Below, one piece after another: positions 53,055 to 64,000 of a DNA stretch of 64,000 nucleotides. How positions within the stretch are numbered: position 1 is the stretch's first letter; each line of letters opens with the position of its first letter. The translations under genes were made by a program, and so were the position numbers. This DNA comes from Macrostomum lignano (taxonomy: Eukaryota). The stretch covers positions 6,861-70,860 of the forward strand of contig NIVC01003899.1 of NCBI GenBank assembly GCA_002269645.1. The letters are read 5' to 3'. The notes beneath the pieces were generated by a model. That model was not told the origin of the DNA. It saw only the letters and a list, made by a program, of their open reading frames with translations, and made no database searches.

Positions 53055-55470
53055 ACGTTTTGAATTAGGCATTTACACCTGCACTCTAATGTTCTGAATT
53101 AGGCATTGACATATGGCCAAGCATTCTTAAATGGAATTTACAGCACGGCTTGGGATTTACTACACAGTATTAGCATTCTATGGCTAAAACCAGAAGAATG
53201 CTTTGCCCATAAATCAATGAATCTATCACTGTTCCTTCAGTGCGCGTTAGCGCACTCGTGCCATAGACTATTTACGCACTCGAAACCTAGAGATAAATCT
53301 ACCATTTACACCTGCACTCCAATGTTCTGAATTAGGCATTTTCACTTGCACCAATGTTCTGAATTAGGCATTTTCACTTGCACCAATGTTCTGAATTAGG
53401 CATTTACACTTGCACCAATGTTCTGAATTAGGCATTTTCACTTGCACCAATGTTCTGAATTAGGCATTTACACTTGCACCAATGTTCTGAATTAGGCATT
53501 TACACCTGCACCAATGTTCTGAATTAGGCATTTTTACACCTGCACTCCAATGTTCTGAATTAGGCATTTTCACTTGCACCAATGTTCTGAATTAGGCATT
53601 TACACCTGCACTCCAATGTTCTGAATTAGGCATTTTCACTTGCACCAATGTTCTGAATTAGGCATTTACACTTGCACCAATGTTCTGAATTAGGCATTTA
53701 CACCTGCACCAATGTTCTGAATTAGGCATTTTTACACCTGCACTCCAATGTTCTGAATTAGGCATTTTCACTTGCACCAATGTTCTGAATTAGGCATTTA
53801 CACCTGCACTCCAATGTTCTGAATTAGGCATTTTCACTTGCACCAATGTTCTGAATTAGGCATTTACACTTGCACCAATGTTCTGAATTAGGCATTTTCA
53901 CTTGCACCAATGTTCTGAATTAGGCATTTACACTTGCACCAATGTTCTGAATTAGGCATTTACACCTGCACCAATGTTCTGAATTAGGCATTTTTACACC
54001 TGCACTCCAATGTTCTGAATTAGGCATTTTCACTTGCACCAATGTTCTGAATTAGGCATTTTCACTTGCACCAATGTTCTGAATTAGGCATTTTCACTTG
54101 CACCAATGTTCTGAATTAGGCATTTACACTTGCACCAATGTTCTGAATTAGGCATTTTCACTTGCACCAATGTTCTGAATTAGGCATTTACACTTGCACC
54201 AATGTTCTGAATTAGGCATTTACACCTGCACCAATGTTCTGAATTAGGCATTTTTACACCTGCACTCCAATGTTCTGAATTAGGCATTTTCACTTGCACC
54301 AATGTTCTGAATTAGGCATTTACACCTGCACTCCAATGTTCTGAATTAGGCATTTTCACTTGCACCAATGTTCTGAATTAGGCATTTACACCTGCACCAA
54401 TGTTCTGAATTAGGCATTTACACCTGCACTCTAACGTTCTGAATTAGGCATTTACACCTGCACTCTAATGTTCTGAATTAGGCATTTACACCTGCACTCT
54501 AATGTTCTGAATTAGGCATTTACACCTGCACTCTAACGTTTTGAATTAGGCATTTACACTTGCACCAATGTTCTGAATTAGGCATTTACACCTGCACCAA
54601 TGTTCTGAATTAGGCATTGTTACACCTGCACCAATGTTCTGAATTAGGCATTGTTACACCTGCACCAATGTTCTGAATTAGGCATTTACACCTGCACTCT
54701 AATGTTCTGAATTAGGCATTTACACCTGCACCAATGTTCTGAATTAGGCATTTACACCTGCACTCTAATGTTCTGAATTAGGCATTTACACCTGCACTCT
54801 AATGTTCTGAATTAGGCATTTACACCTGCACTCTAACGTTTTGAATTAGGCATTTACACTTGCACCAATGTTCTGAATTAGGCATTTACACCTGCACCAA
54901 TGTTCTGAATTAGGCATTGTTACACCTGCACCAATGTTCTGAATTAGGCATTTACACCTGCACCAATGTTCTGAATTAGGCATTTTTAGACCTGCACTCC
55001 AATGTTCTGAATTAGGCATTGTTACACCTGCACTCCAATGTTCTGAATTAGGCATTTACACCTGCACCAATGTTCTGAATTAGGCATTTACACCTGCACC
55101 AATGTTCTGAATTAGGCATTGTTACACCTGCACCAATGTTCTGAATTAGGCATTTACACCTGCACTCTAATGTTCTGAATTAGGCATTGTTACACCTGCA
55201 CTCTAATGTTCTGAATTAGGCATTTACACCTGCACTCCAATGTTCTGAATTAGGCATTGTTACACCTGCACCAATGTTCTGAATTAGGCATTTACACCTG
55301 CACTCTAACGTTCTGAATTAGGCATTGTTACACCTGCACCAATGTTCTGAATTAGGCATTTACACCTGCACCAATGTTCTGAATTAGGCATTTACACCTG
55401 CACCAATGTTCTGAATTAGGCATTTACACTTGCACCAATGTTCTGAATTAGGCATTTACATCTGCACTGT
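53055..55470. repeat. Minisatellite F, unit 2, with a ~195-bp unrelated insert at 53108-53302
   Basis: 32-bp unit with copy-specific variants (CACTCCAATG, CATTGTTACAC). Confidence 0.96.
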
Positions 55471-56136
55471 TGCGCTCCGATTTCTGAATCATGTCGACAA
55501 TCGATTGATCGCTAATGGTAGCTTGCGTTTTTTCAGCCAAACTTTCTACGAAAGACTGCAGGCAAATAGATTGCAGGCGGATGATACTTCACATTACGAG
55601 CTAATTACATAGTCTACTAATGTCACGAAACTCTGATTCGGTTTCGCATTACTCGTAGTTGGTTTATTTATAAAGATCGAATACTTAAGTCTTCAGAATA
55701 CGATGAGAAAAGTGGCTATGGCAATTTTTGTAAAAAAAGTTTTCTATAATGTCCCCTGAAGTTCCAATCCATTTGTATTGACAATTTACAATTAAAGCAT
55801 GCCTGTGAACAGGACGGTGATGTTGACAGGTTACATATACGCTCGTAGTTTTGGAAAAGTTGGCACTAATTTCAAAAGCAGAGGCGGCCTACGAAACGGG
55901 GATTTTCAACCATTCGCCACCCTCAAAATACGATTATACGAGTCAGTTGGCGCGTTTACAGGACACGCGTGATATGCTACTAACAGTAGAGCACGTGTAA
56001 ATGTGGCATTAATTTAACTCGCTCCTAAATGGTCTATCAAGAATCGAGTAATGTTGCAAAGGAAAAACTAAAACTTCATATTTCTGTTTTCCCTGATGAC
56101 AACTAAATGTATTTAATCGCTACTATCTGAACTCAA

Positions 56137-56385
56137 CGGGGTTGTAGCCTAGTAAATAAGGTCGTGGGTTCGATTCTCGACCCACTCGGAACAATTTGTC
56201 CTTGGGCAAGACATTTAAACTCGGCATTGCTTCAGTTCACCCAGCTGTAAAATGGGTGCCAGCATTAGCTGGGGTAATTGAGCGTGTGTGGCGACCCCCC
56301 AGCCCTTGCCGCCGAGCTGTCGGCTGCACATCTGCTTATTGGAGCAGGTGTGATCAATTATTATTAGTGTTGTTGTTGTTGTTGT
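56137..56385 (+). mobile_element. tRNA-derived SINE (CORE/Meta-like), with TSD
   Basis: GGGGTTGTAGCCTAG head, GGGTTCGATTCTC B-box, CCTTGGGCAAGACATTTAAAC...CACCCAGCTGTAAAATGGG centre and (TTG)n tail. TSD TGAACTCAA at 56128-56136 and 56386-56394. Confidence 0.88.
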
Positions 56386-57039
56386 TGAACTCAAATGATT
56401 TCATAATTAAAACGAAAAGAAAAGAATGCAAAGTCTGAGTTATATGTATCAGGTTTTTATAGAATTTTTGCTTAGCATTTTATTGAACGCCCAATTATAT
56501 TTCTCTTAGAACAGAACACACGCCAGACTAATGCCTTCTCTCTGTACAGTATCGGTGCCACTGATAAAATTAATTTAAACACATGTTTAATCAGATATAA
56601 CCATATTTTATATGAAAGGGACAACAGCGGCGCGAGCTGAACACAGACACGTTGGGGTCAGGGTGAGGGGAGCAGGACAAAAAACAAAATAAACTATTCA
56701 TAAACGCAGAAAATAAACAGGGTTTAAACACAAAACTACAGTGGGCCGCGAACTGGACCAGACGGTGCGGGGCTAATGGAGAACAAAAAAGCACACATAT
56801 CGAACCGATCAAAACAAGAATGGCGGATTTGGGGCGAGGATTAACCGGAAACACGACTGGAGGATTCGAGGAAGAATAAAACGGATCAAGCGAGCGGACG
56901 ACTGATTGCAGGTCGGCGAACCGATTAGAAGCTGCGACAAGCAAAAATATGAAATTCAAAGAGAGGTTCTGCGCGAACAGGAGATGAGAAAAATGAGAGA
57001 AGAAAAAGCCACGCTCGAATTCGATAAGCGGACCGTCAA

Positions 57040-58534
57040 TCAATCACTGTTAATGTCCAACAGCGCGCTGAGGTCGTCGGAGTCCGGGGACGCCGCCGAC
57101 GCCAGGCCGGGCATCAGGGGCGCGTCGGAGAAGACGCCGGACTCGCTAGACGGAGCGTCCGGACTGTCGCAGAGCAGCAGCGAGTCCAGCTGGTTGAGCG
57201 CCGACTGGTCGAACAGCAGGTCGCCGAGGCCGGCTAGGAGGTCGCCGCCATCAGCACCGGCGGGCTCGGCAGCGACAGGCCAGTCGACGTCTGGAACTGC
57301 AAAGGCCGGAGCGTCGAGGGTGTCAGCGCAGGCGGTTTCGGCGCCAGCGCCGGCGGCGGTGGCCAGGTGTCGGCCATCCAGGCCTGACACTTGCGCCGGC
57401 TGGCCAGAGTGGCCTGCAGTCGCCGCCGGAGCCGGTCGGCCACCACGCGAGCTGCCGAGCGGCAGGAGGCGCCGGTGCTGGTTCTGGGACTGATTTTGCC
57501 GCTGTGCGCAGCCGGTCGAGCCAGCTGCAGCGCGAGCGCCAGCGTCATGAGCAGGCGCGCCAGACCCCGACCCTGCTGCTGAGGGTTGGCCACAGGCACT
57601 GCTGTCCTGTCTGCCGGGATCGAGCGCGCGCCGCTCAGAGCTGAAACGCCCTGGCCGCAGCCGCCCTCCAGCTGCACAAGCAGGTGGTTCAGCCTGCTGC
57701 CCAGCTTTTCCAGCTTCTCCTTAAGCTCGGAGTTCTCGCAGCGCAAGTAGCGATTCTCAACCTCCAGTCGCTGCAACGCCGACTCCATCTTTTCCATTTT
57801 CTGCTTCTTCCGGTCGCGAGCCTGCTGAGCCGCGATGCGGTTCATTACTTTCCTGGAAAGTTGTCAACGAGAAAAAAATAATTCTTTTCTATGATGTTTT
57901 GTTTGCAACACACTACTTAAAGTAGACGAGTCAGTAGAATCGCAGGAATGACTTCCGGGTGAGTCTTAATTTACAACAGATTCAAAGCTTACCGTCGGGT
58001 CAGTTTCTCGTCAGCGGTCAGGTGGTTGAGCCGAGCCCGCTTCCGGCCGTAGATTGACGAGCCGAGCAGGTCGTCGTCATCCTCGAACTCGTTGAAGGAC
58101 AAAGTCGAGTAGGTCGACGAATCTAGTGGGGCCTTCTGCAGAACCAGATTCTCCGATTCGGTGCGAATCTTTGAGTCTCCCGCAGCCACTGACGAAGACA
58201 ACGATGTTGAAGTCGTCAGGGCCGGGGACGAAGCCGACGCCGGATTTGTCGAGCCGAGGACGATGCGCGCAGGCTGGGCGTCCTCCATGTCGAGCAGGCG
58301 CGGCTCCTGCATCATCTTGCGCTTGCGAAAGTGCTGCTGCGAGCTGTCGGCTGGGCTAATGATCTTAGTCCCGCTGCCGCCGCCGCCGACAAAACAAGTC
58401 GACGCAGGAGGCGCGGCCGACTCCGAAACATCGAGGAAGTCGGCCGACGCGTCGGCTCGCTTGAACAGCTGCTGCTGTTGTTGTTGGGTCAGCGCCAGCT
58501 TACCGTTGCCGCCAGGGACTTCAACCAGGCACAT
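57040..58534 (-). CDS. XBP1: X-box binding protein 1 (bZIP UPR transcription factor); spliced form ~443 aa, unspliced form ~386 aa (stop at 57234)
   Basis: Exon 57993-58534 joins exon 57852-down (phase 2) to give RKRARLNHLTADEKLTRRKVMNRIAAQQARDRKKQKMEKMESALQRLE (XBP1-type bZIP). Removing 57579-57601 shifts to an acidic, L/D/S-rich activation-domain-like frame ending at 57040. Confidence 0.93.
57579..57601 (-). other. Unconventional IRE1-excised 23-nt intron of XBP1
   Basis: Two CNG|CNGN loops: ACAGG-A[CAG|CAGT]G-CCTGT and ACCCT[CAG|CAGC]AGGGT, 23 nt apart. The junction reads RT-AAG and the new frame stays open to 57040. Confidence 0.9.
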
Positions 58535-58810
58535 CTGCGGCCGGCGATGCCCGCCTTCTGCAGCAGGGCGTACACGACTTTCGATGACGCGTTGATAGTC
58601 ATCTCTGCGTTACAAAGCGAAGCAGGAGGTGTTATGTTCTTCTGATGCAAGAGATTGATGATGAAATATTTAAGACTGGGAGAGTTGTCTAACCCATTAC
58701 AAAGCCATGCGGCGATGCTTATATAGGATGATCAGTACCAAAGGTAATCGGTCAATTCAGTCCAAGATTGTATGACGAAACTACCTCAGAAAAAACCGCT
58801 TGAGAAACTT

Positions 58811-58818
58811 CCACGTCA
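58811..58818 (-). promoter_or_regulatory. UPRE (TGACGTGG) upstream of XBP1
   Basis: Exact match on the gene strand ~280 bp upstream of the ATG. Confidence 0.6.
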
Positions 58819-58855
58819 GCAGTCCGTTGTTTAAATAAGGCTGACTGTAACGCGT

Positions 58856-58874
58856 CGTGGCGTTTTCCTATTGG
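58856..58874 (-). promoter_or_regulatory. ER stress response element ERSE (CCAAT-N9-CCACG) upstream of XBP1
   Basis: The minus strand reads CCAAT-AGGAAAACG-CCACG with exact 9-nt spacing. A TATA-like TATTTAAA follows at ~58830-58837. Confidence 0.8.
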
Positions 58875-60250
58875 TCCGCGACCCGGTAGAACGCCAGAGC
58901 AAGAGAGCTGGAATTGCAATGCTGGAACACGGGGCAAAGCTGTACATTTATACGCCTGTACATTTCGATACGCACGCCCACTATGAAGCACGTGACCCAT
59001 TGCGGGACAGGATTGTACAGTGATCCTGGTCTATTTTTAGAAATCACGCAGGGCTGAGTGATCCTACTGTTAAAAAAATCCGTCCTATCCACCCGCCCCC
59101 TCTTACTGCCAGCGTGGAGGCAGATCCGCCCCCTCCCCCGGTTCTAAACTGCGATTCCAGCGTGGAACTTTGGGCATTGGGTGGGGCTGCCGGCTGTGCC
59201 TTGTGTTTAAACTCTAGCGAAATGCTGTTTCTCGTAATTTCAGCTGTTTACTAGGCACGTTGCCATTATAAGACGGCCAGTGCCCCCCCACCCCTACGAG
59301 GGTGAGAGAGGCGGAAAGAGCGGGGAGAGGCAGCCCGCCGAACCCGTAGCAGCCAAAGCTCACGCCCGGCATGACTAGGCAAAAAAGCACTGCCGATCGA
59401 TAGGCGATAGTAAAAGACGGTTTACACTGAGTAGTTGGATATTCAATATTCTCTCCAAAAGGGATCAGATACTCGATAGTTCCCAGCTAAGCTAAGCCAA
59501 TCAGTAACTGCAGAAATAGAAACGAAGAGGAAAGAAAGGCCAAACCGGAGTTCTTAAATAAGAGTTGTTCTGACAATGTTCAGCCGACTGTAATTCACTT
59601 GCATTACAAGCCTTCCAGCTGGGCAATTCGAACATAATGAATTGAAAACTGAAATCTGTACAACTTACAGATTTGATACAAAACATGGCATATCAGTACA
59701 AAACATGAAATGAACAGGCAAATAGAAAAGACAAAGAAGTACTCCGCAGCAAAACCATCAATTGAAGCCTAAATTTCAAAAAATTAACTCTTTTATGCAT
59801 AAATTTTGAAGAGCAAAAATTCAAAATTTTTGCCGTTTTTTAGTGCAATAACAGAAATTGTTTTCAGACTAGCACGAAACTGGAAAACGATGACAAATTA
59901 TTAATGAATGATAAATTGATGAAGAATAATTGAAATATGAAGCAATCAACGCACTCGAGGTTGTGAAAGAGAATAGTTTTGAGTAGCAACCAACACATTT
60001 GGACACAACAATCATAGCAAGACAGAACAACAGAAAAAGCATCATTGTGAATCGATATTTGTTAGTGAGCCTTTGCAGTGCAGACTGCAGTACTATAAAT
60101 ATCCAAAACAATGGAAGCAAACAATGCAAATAAAAGCTAATAATATTATGAAGAAATAAAACAATGCCTACTAACAGTAGTTGGTAGGTAAGTACCGCAT
60201 TAACGAGTGTCACTAAATATTATAATAAAAGATGAATCAATATAAAATTC

Positions 60251-63200
60251 TCAACTAACAATAGAACTCAATTTGATAAAATGTCTGCTCACTAGCGCTC
60301 TGCTCACTGCAGAGTCGGCCCGCCGGTCCAGAGGCTGAGGGCCGGCCGGTCCTGCAGTACACTGAGCCCTTGCTGCGCATATACTTGCTAATATAAGACT
60401 TCGCCTTGCCTGCACATTGGCGTTCACCTCCAGGTCTTCAATATGGCGCGTGTGCTTCAGCTCCTTCAGCAGGATTGCGTGAGTCATCTTCTTGACTAAG
60501 TACTTCAAGTCCTCTTGATTGGTGATGCGCGCCAGTCTGGCAGGTGGCGGCAGTAGCGCTGCAGGTGCGCGTGGACGAACTCCTTCATCGAGGCGGTGAA
60601 GGCAGCCTTCTGCTGCAGCTCGCGCGAGCTGGCACCTCGCGGCGCCTCTGTTCAACTTTTTCAACGCGCTCCCGGCGCCGATTTTCACGGCGTTCCGGTG
60701 ATCATGTCCTGGATCTCGTCGTGGGACACCTGGAAGCGCCAGGCTCCGTTGTACTCGAAGGCAGCCTCGGAGGCGGCCGCCGATGGCTCCGCAGCGGTCT
60801 CTTCGGGCAGGCGCGTCCCACGGGTAGGTGGGCTCCCAGGAGTGCTCGCTACCCGGCTGGTCGCGCCACACAGTCGCGCTGGTGCCCAGATGGTAAAAGT
60901 ACACACGGCCGTCCGATCGCGGGCCGAGCGCCATTGCGGCGGCAGGCCGCCCGAAGCTGGCGACGGCTGCAAAATGAAATGCAAATACATGCGAAAATTA
61001 TACTACTTACTGCGTGAGTAGACAGGCACAAAAAACATGAAAACTCGATGATCCGATAAAAAAACTGGCTCACCCGCATGCGCTCGCTGCGTGACAGCCA
61101 GCAGTAGTCGGTGCACATTCGGATCAGCCGCAGCCGCATCTCGGCGGATGTCTGGCTGACGCAGCCGGCCATAGCGCGGATCTGGCATGGAAGCCGCCGC
61201 CGCCGCTGCCGCTCGCAGTAGGCATTGCTCGAGCACGCGGCACAGGATGGCGTGCACCCGCCGGACGAGCCGGCGAGGGCGGCCGCCTGCAGCTGCTTTC
61301 TATCGGGCTCCGTCATGCCTGCGTACGCCTCGAACAGCCGGTCGAATTCCTCGGCCGCCGCGCAACTGTCCGCCGTCGGCTGCGGCGTCGTCGAAGTCAA
61401 AGCCAAGGAAGCATCGGGAGCGGCTGCTTGGGTTGATGCTGTTGAAGACGCGGTCGCTGCCGCGCCGGAAGCCGGGAGCCGCTGTTTCGATCGGCAGACG
61501 GTCCCAGCGGGCCAGCAGCTGGCAGCCAGCTGACCGACTGCATCCCGGTCCCCCAGACAGACGGCGGAGCAACTGCTGCAGGCTGTCAGCCACAGAGGCT
61601 CGGCCAACTGATCAGCCGATGCCAGCGGCACGCGGGCCATCGTACGCAGAGCTGCCAAGACCAGCTGAGTGTTCGGCGAGGATGACGAATTCGAGCAGCA
61701 GTTGGGCGCTGCCTCGGTCAGGCAGCGGCGGTCAGTTGCAGCCCGTGGTGCCGCCGAAGAGTCAGTAGGCAGTCGGCGACAGCGGGCCTGCAGCATCGGC
61801 CAGCAGCTGTAGCAGTCGGGTCCTGGCTTTCGATCGGCAATTCGCTGGTGGCAGAGGGCCTTCAAAAGCAATTTCACGATAGCATGGGTTAGCTAGTTAG
61901 TTCGGAAATAGGGCTGTCTGTGGAGCTGCCGCAAATCATGGCAAGAGGTCAGTCGCTATCCGCTGAGAGCACACACCACCACGGATACATACACAGGGTC
62001 AACAGCTGTACTGTGACTTTCTAATCAATTTGGGCTCAGACAACAGCAACACAGTTCATGAGCAACTCACCTGAGCAAGCTTATCACTTCATTAGGCTGC
62101 GTCACAGTCTCAAGCGTCAGCAGCTGGCTAGCATCGTGGCCAAAGTCGAGCGTCATTGAGGCTTGCCGCAGCAGCTGCAGCGCGTCTCGGCCCGACTGCG
62201 GCTGGCCAAGACAGAAACCGGCAGTCGATGACCAACTCCTCACCTCTGGCGATGTCGCGCCTAGCGAACAGGCCCAGCCGACGCTGGCCGCCGGTTACCC
62301 ACACCTGCGCTTCGGTGTTCGCCTCAACTCCGGCGGCTGCCGCTGCAGCTGACAAATCTGGCCAGGTTGCCATTCGCAGTGGCATCAGCCACCAGACTGG
62401 CTCCCATCGGCATAAAGTACAGCCGCTTGCCAGCCGCCTTGTCCGCTGCACGACGCTGCCAAAACTCGCTCGCAGTCGACCAGTTCGCCGGCGAATTCAA
62501 TTAGAAAAGCGCCGGCGCCAACAGACGAGGTGGCGCGGACGCCCGCAGTCGCGTCTGGCGCCCAGATACAGAGGCTCAAGCGCAGGGCCGATGGCGGCAA
62601 GTCGAAGCGCCGATTTGTGCACATCTCGCCGCACGGACAGCGCCTGTTGTCGCATTCGACGCGCAGGGCTCGGTTGACGCAATCGGAGCCGCAGGCCTCG
62701 GCGCCTTCTGGCTGCCTGGTCGGGCGTTGGCACGCTGCAATCGCAGGGCCAGCCGCAAGCCGGCTCAGTCGGGAGAAATTTTGCTAGCGGAACGCTTCGT
62801 TGCAGGCAGCTCGTAGCTCGGCGGCGACATGCCCGCGGCGCGGCCGTTCGAGCGGCTCTAGGCGGCCGCTGCAGCAGCGCCGCTTAGCTGCGGCCTCAGC
62901 GGCGGCGGACGAATCCAGGGTGTCGTCGTGCGGCTCCTCCGGCTCGGCGACGTCGAGGAGAGGCAGCCGGCCAGGAGGGACTGCCGGTCCTGTTCGTCCA
63001 GCTCGACTCGTTGATGCTACGATCGCTGGCGCCGCCGCCGCCATCGCCGCGCATCGGCGAGGTAGACGAAGCCACCGACATGTCGCTGCTGCATCCGCCG
63101 CCAGCGGTATCGTCCGGCCTCGCGGGCGGGCGGCGGTCGGCGGCCGGTGGAGTTGGTCGACAACAGAGACGGCGGCAGTTGTGGGGCCGGAGTCGAGGCA

Positions 63201-63597
63201 CGCAGGCGGGACAGCTCCCGCTGCTGCATGGCCACCTGGCTCTGCATCTGCTTGGTGAAGTTAGTCAGCATGCCGAAGAAGTCTGTCAGTTGTTTGAAAG
63301 CGGCGTTTGGCATCGGCGGAGCTGCCGGTTTTACTAGCGGGCTTACCGCCGACAGCTGCGCCGACTGTAGCCGCCACCGGCTGCTGCTTCGGCTGGTCAA
63401 CCCGGACGCGGGGCCGCCTTTGACTCCTGGGGTGGGTAACAGTTCGGGATTGCTAGCTGGATGAGCTGGGGCATGGCTTGTTAGCGATGGATTATTGGCA
63501 TCATCATCCCCATGGTCATCATCATGATCAAAGTGGTCCCATCAGCAGCTGGACATGTTGGCGAGTGAGCAGCTCCAGCTGCTCTATTTGGTTGCTG
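60251..63597 (-). pseudogene. SETD2: SETD2/Set2-like locus (AWS-SET-postSET, TFIIS-N-like region, WW, SRI), frameshifted and catalytically degenerate; 5' part likely outside window
   Basis: AWS CGSDCVNRALRVECDNRRCPCGEMCTNRRF; SET FLIEFAGE...YFM...DAT.NGNLARF...RRLGLFARRDIARGEELVID; WW LPPQWRSARD/DGRVYFYH...W; SRI RITNQEDLKYLVKKMTHAILLKELK...EDLEVN. These pieces lie in different frames. GT-AG introns are retained (~61862-62072, ~60968-61008). Confidence 0.75.
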
Positions 63598-64000
63598 CAA
63601 AAGTGAAATGCAACGAGGCGGCGGGATGCAATGGTAGAAACGTTTTTAATTAATGTTGACTAAACAAATCCACGGGAACGCGCATTCACCATACTACTAA
63701 TACTAAGTAGATTGAATATCCTTAGAGCTCTCATGACTAGAATATCTGGAAAACTTCAAACAACCCAGTTGCTTAAATAGAAACCCGCCTACTAAATAGG
63801 GAAGCCCCAGAACCCAACTGAAACCTTAATAGAGGCCTGGCAAATTAATAAAACAATGAGAAAGAATATAAATTATTAATAGATCGCTCGGCAGTGTAAA
63901 AACAAACTTATTGAAGCTTATTCGACGACGACCAACGGATGGGGGGGGGGTAGTAGAGAGGAAACTGACGGGGTTGCTACGAATGCGACAAGCGGTTGTT

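Larger units (their letters stand above)
44431..55488. repeat. Tandem segmental duplication, unit 2 (11.1 kb)
   Basis: Starts immediately after unit 1 (junction TTTCTGAA|GCTGATGAG) and ends TTGCGCTCCGATTTCTGAA at 55488. Confidence 0.95.

Overview
Eukaryotic, intron-rich genomic DNA with GC-rich exons and introns packed with 20-40 bp minisatellites. The style suggests a free-living flatworm such as Macrostomum (inference only). From left to right: (1) a ~238-bp satellite and a 2.6-kb (TCTG)n tract; (2) a large minus-strand TRANK1/LBA1-like gene with 15 exons traced (~2600 aa: TPR, ankyrin, RelE-like segment, SF1/UvrD helicase, TPR), apparently continuing beyond the left edge, with a different tandem array in almost every intron; (3) an AT-rich intergenic island holding an 8-bp-TSD MITE; (4) a decayed 5'-truncated LINE with TSDs; (5) a small uncharacterised minus-strand gene; (6) a head-to-tail ~11-12 kb tandem duplication, each unit carrying an intact 3-exon signal-anchored FkbM-type methyltransferase, six minisatellites and copy-specific insertions, including an 85-bp insert with a Penelope-type minimal hammerhead ribozyme and a Tc1/mariner-like MITE; (7) a tRNA-derived SINE; (8) an XBP1 gene with a recoverable 23-nt IRE1 intron and upstream ERSE and UPRE motifs; (9) a frameshifted, catalytically degenerate SETD2/Set2-like locus. 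All coordinates were read by hand and splice sites are predicted, not observed.
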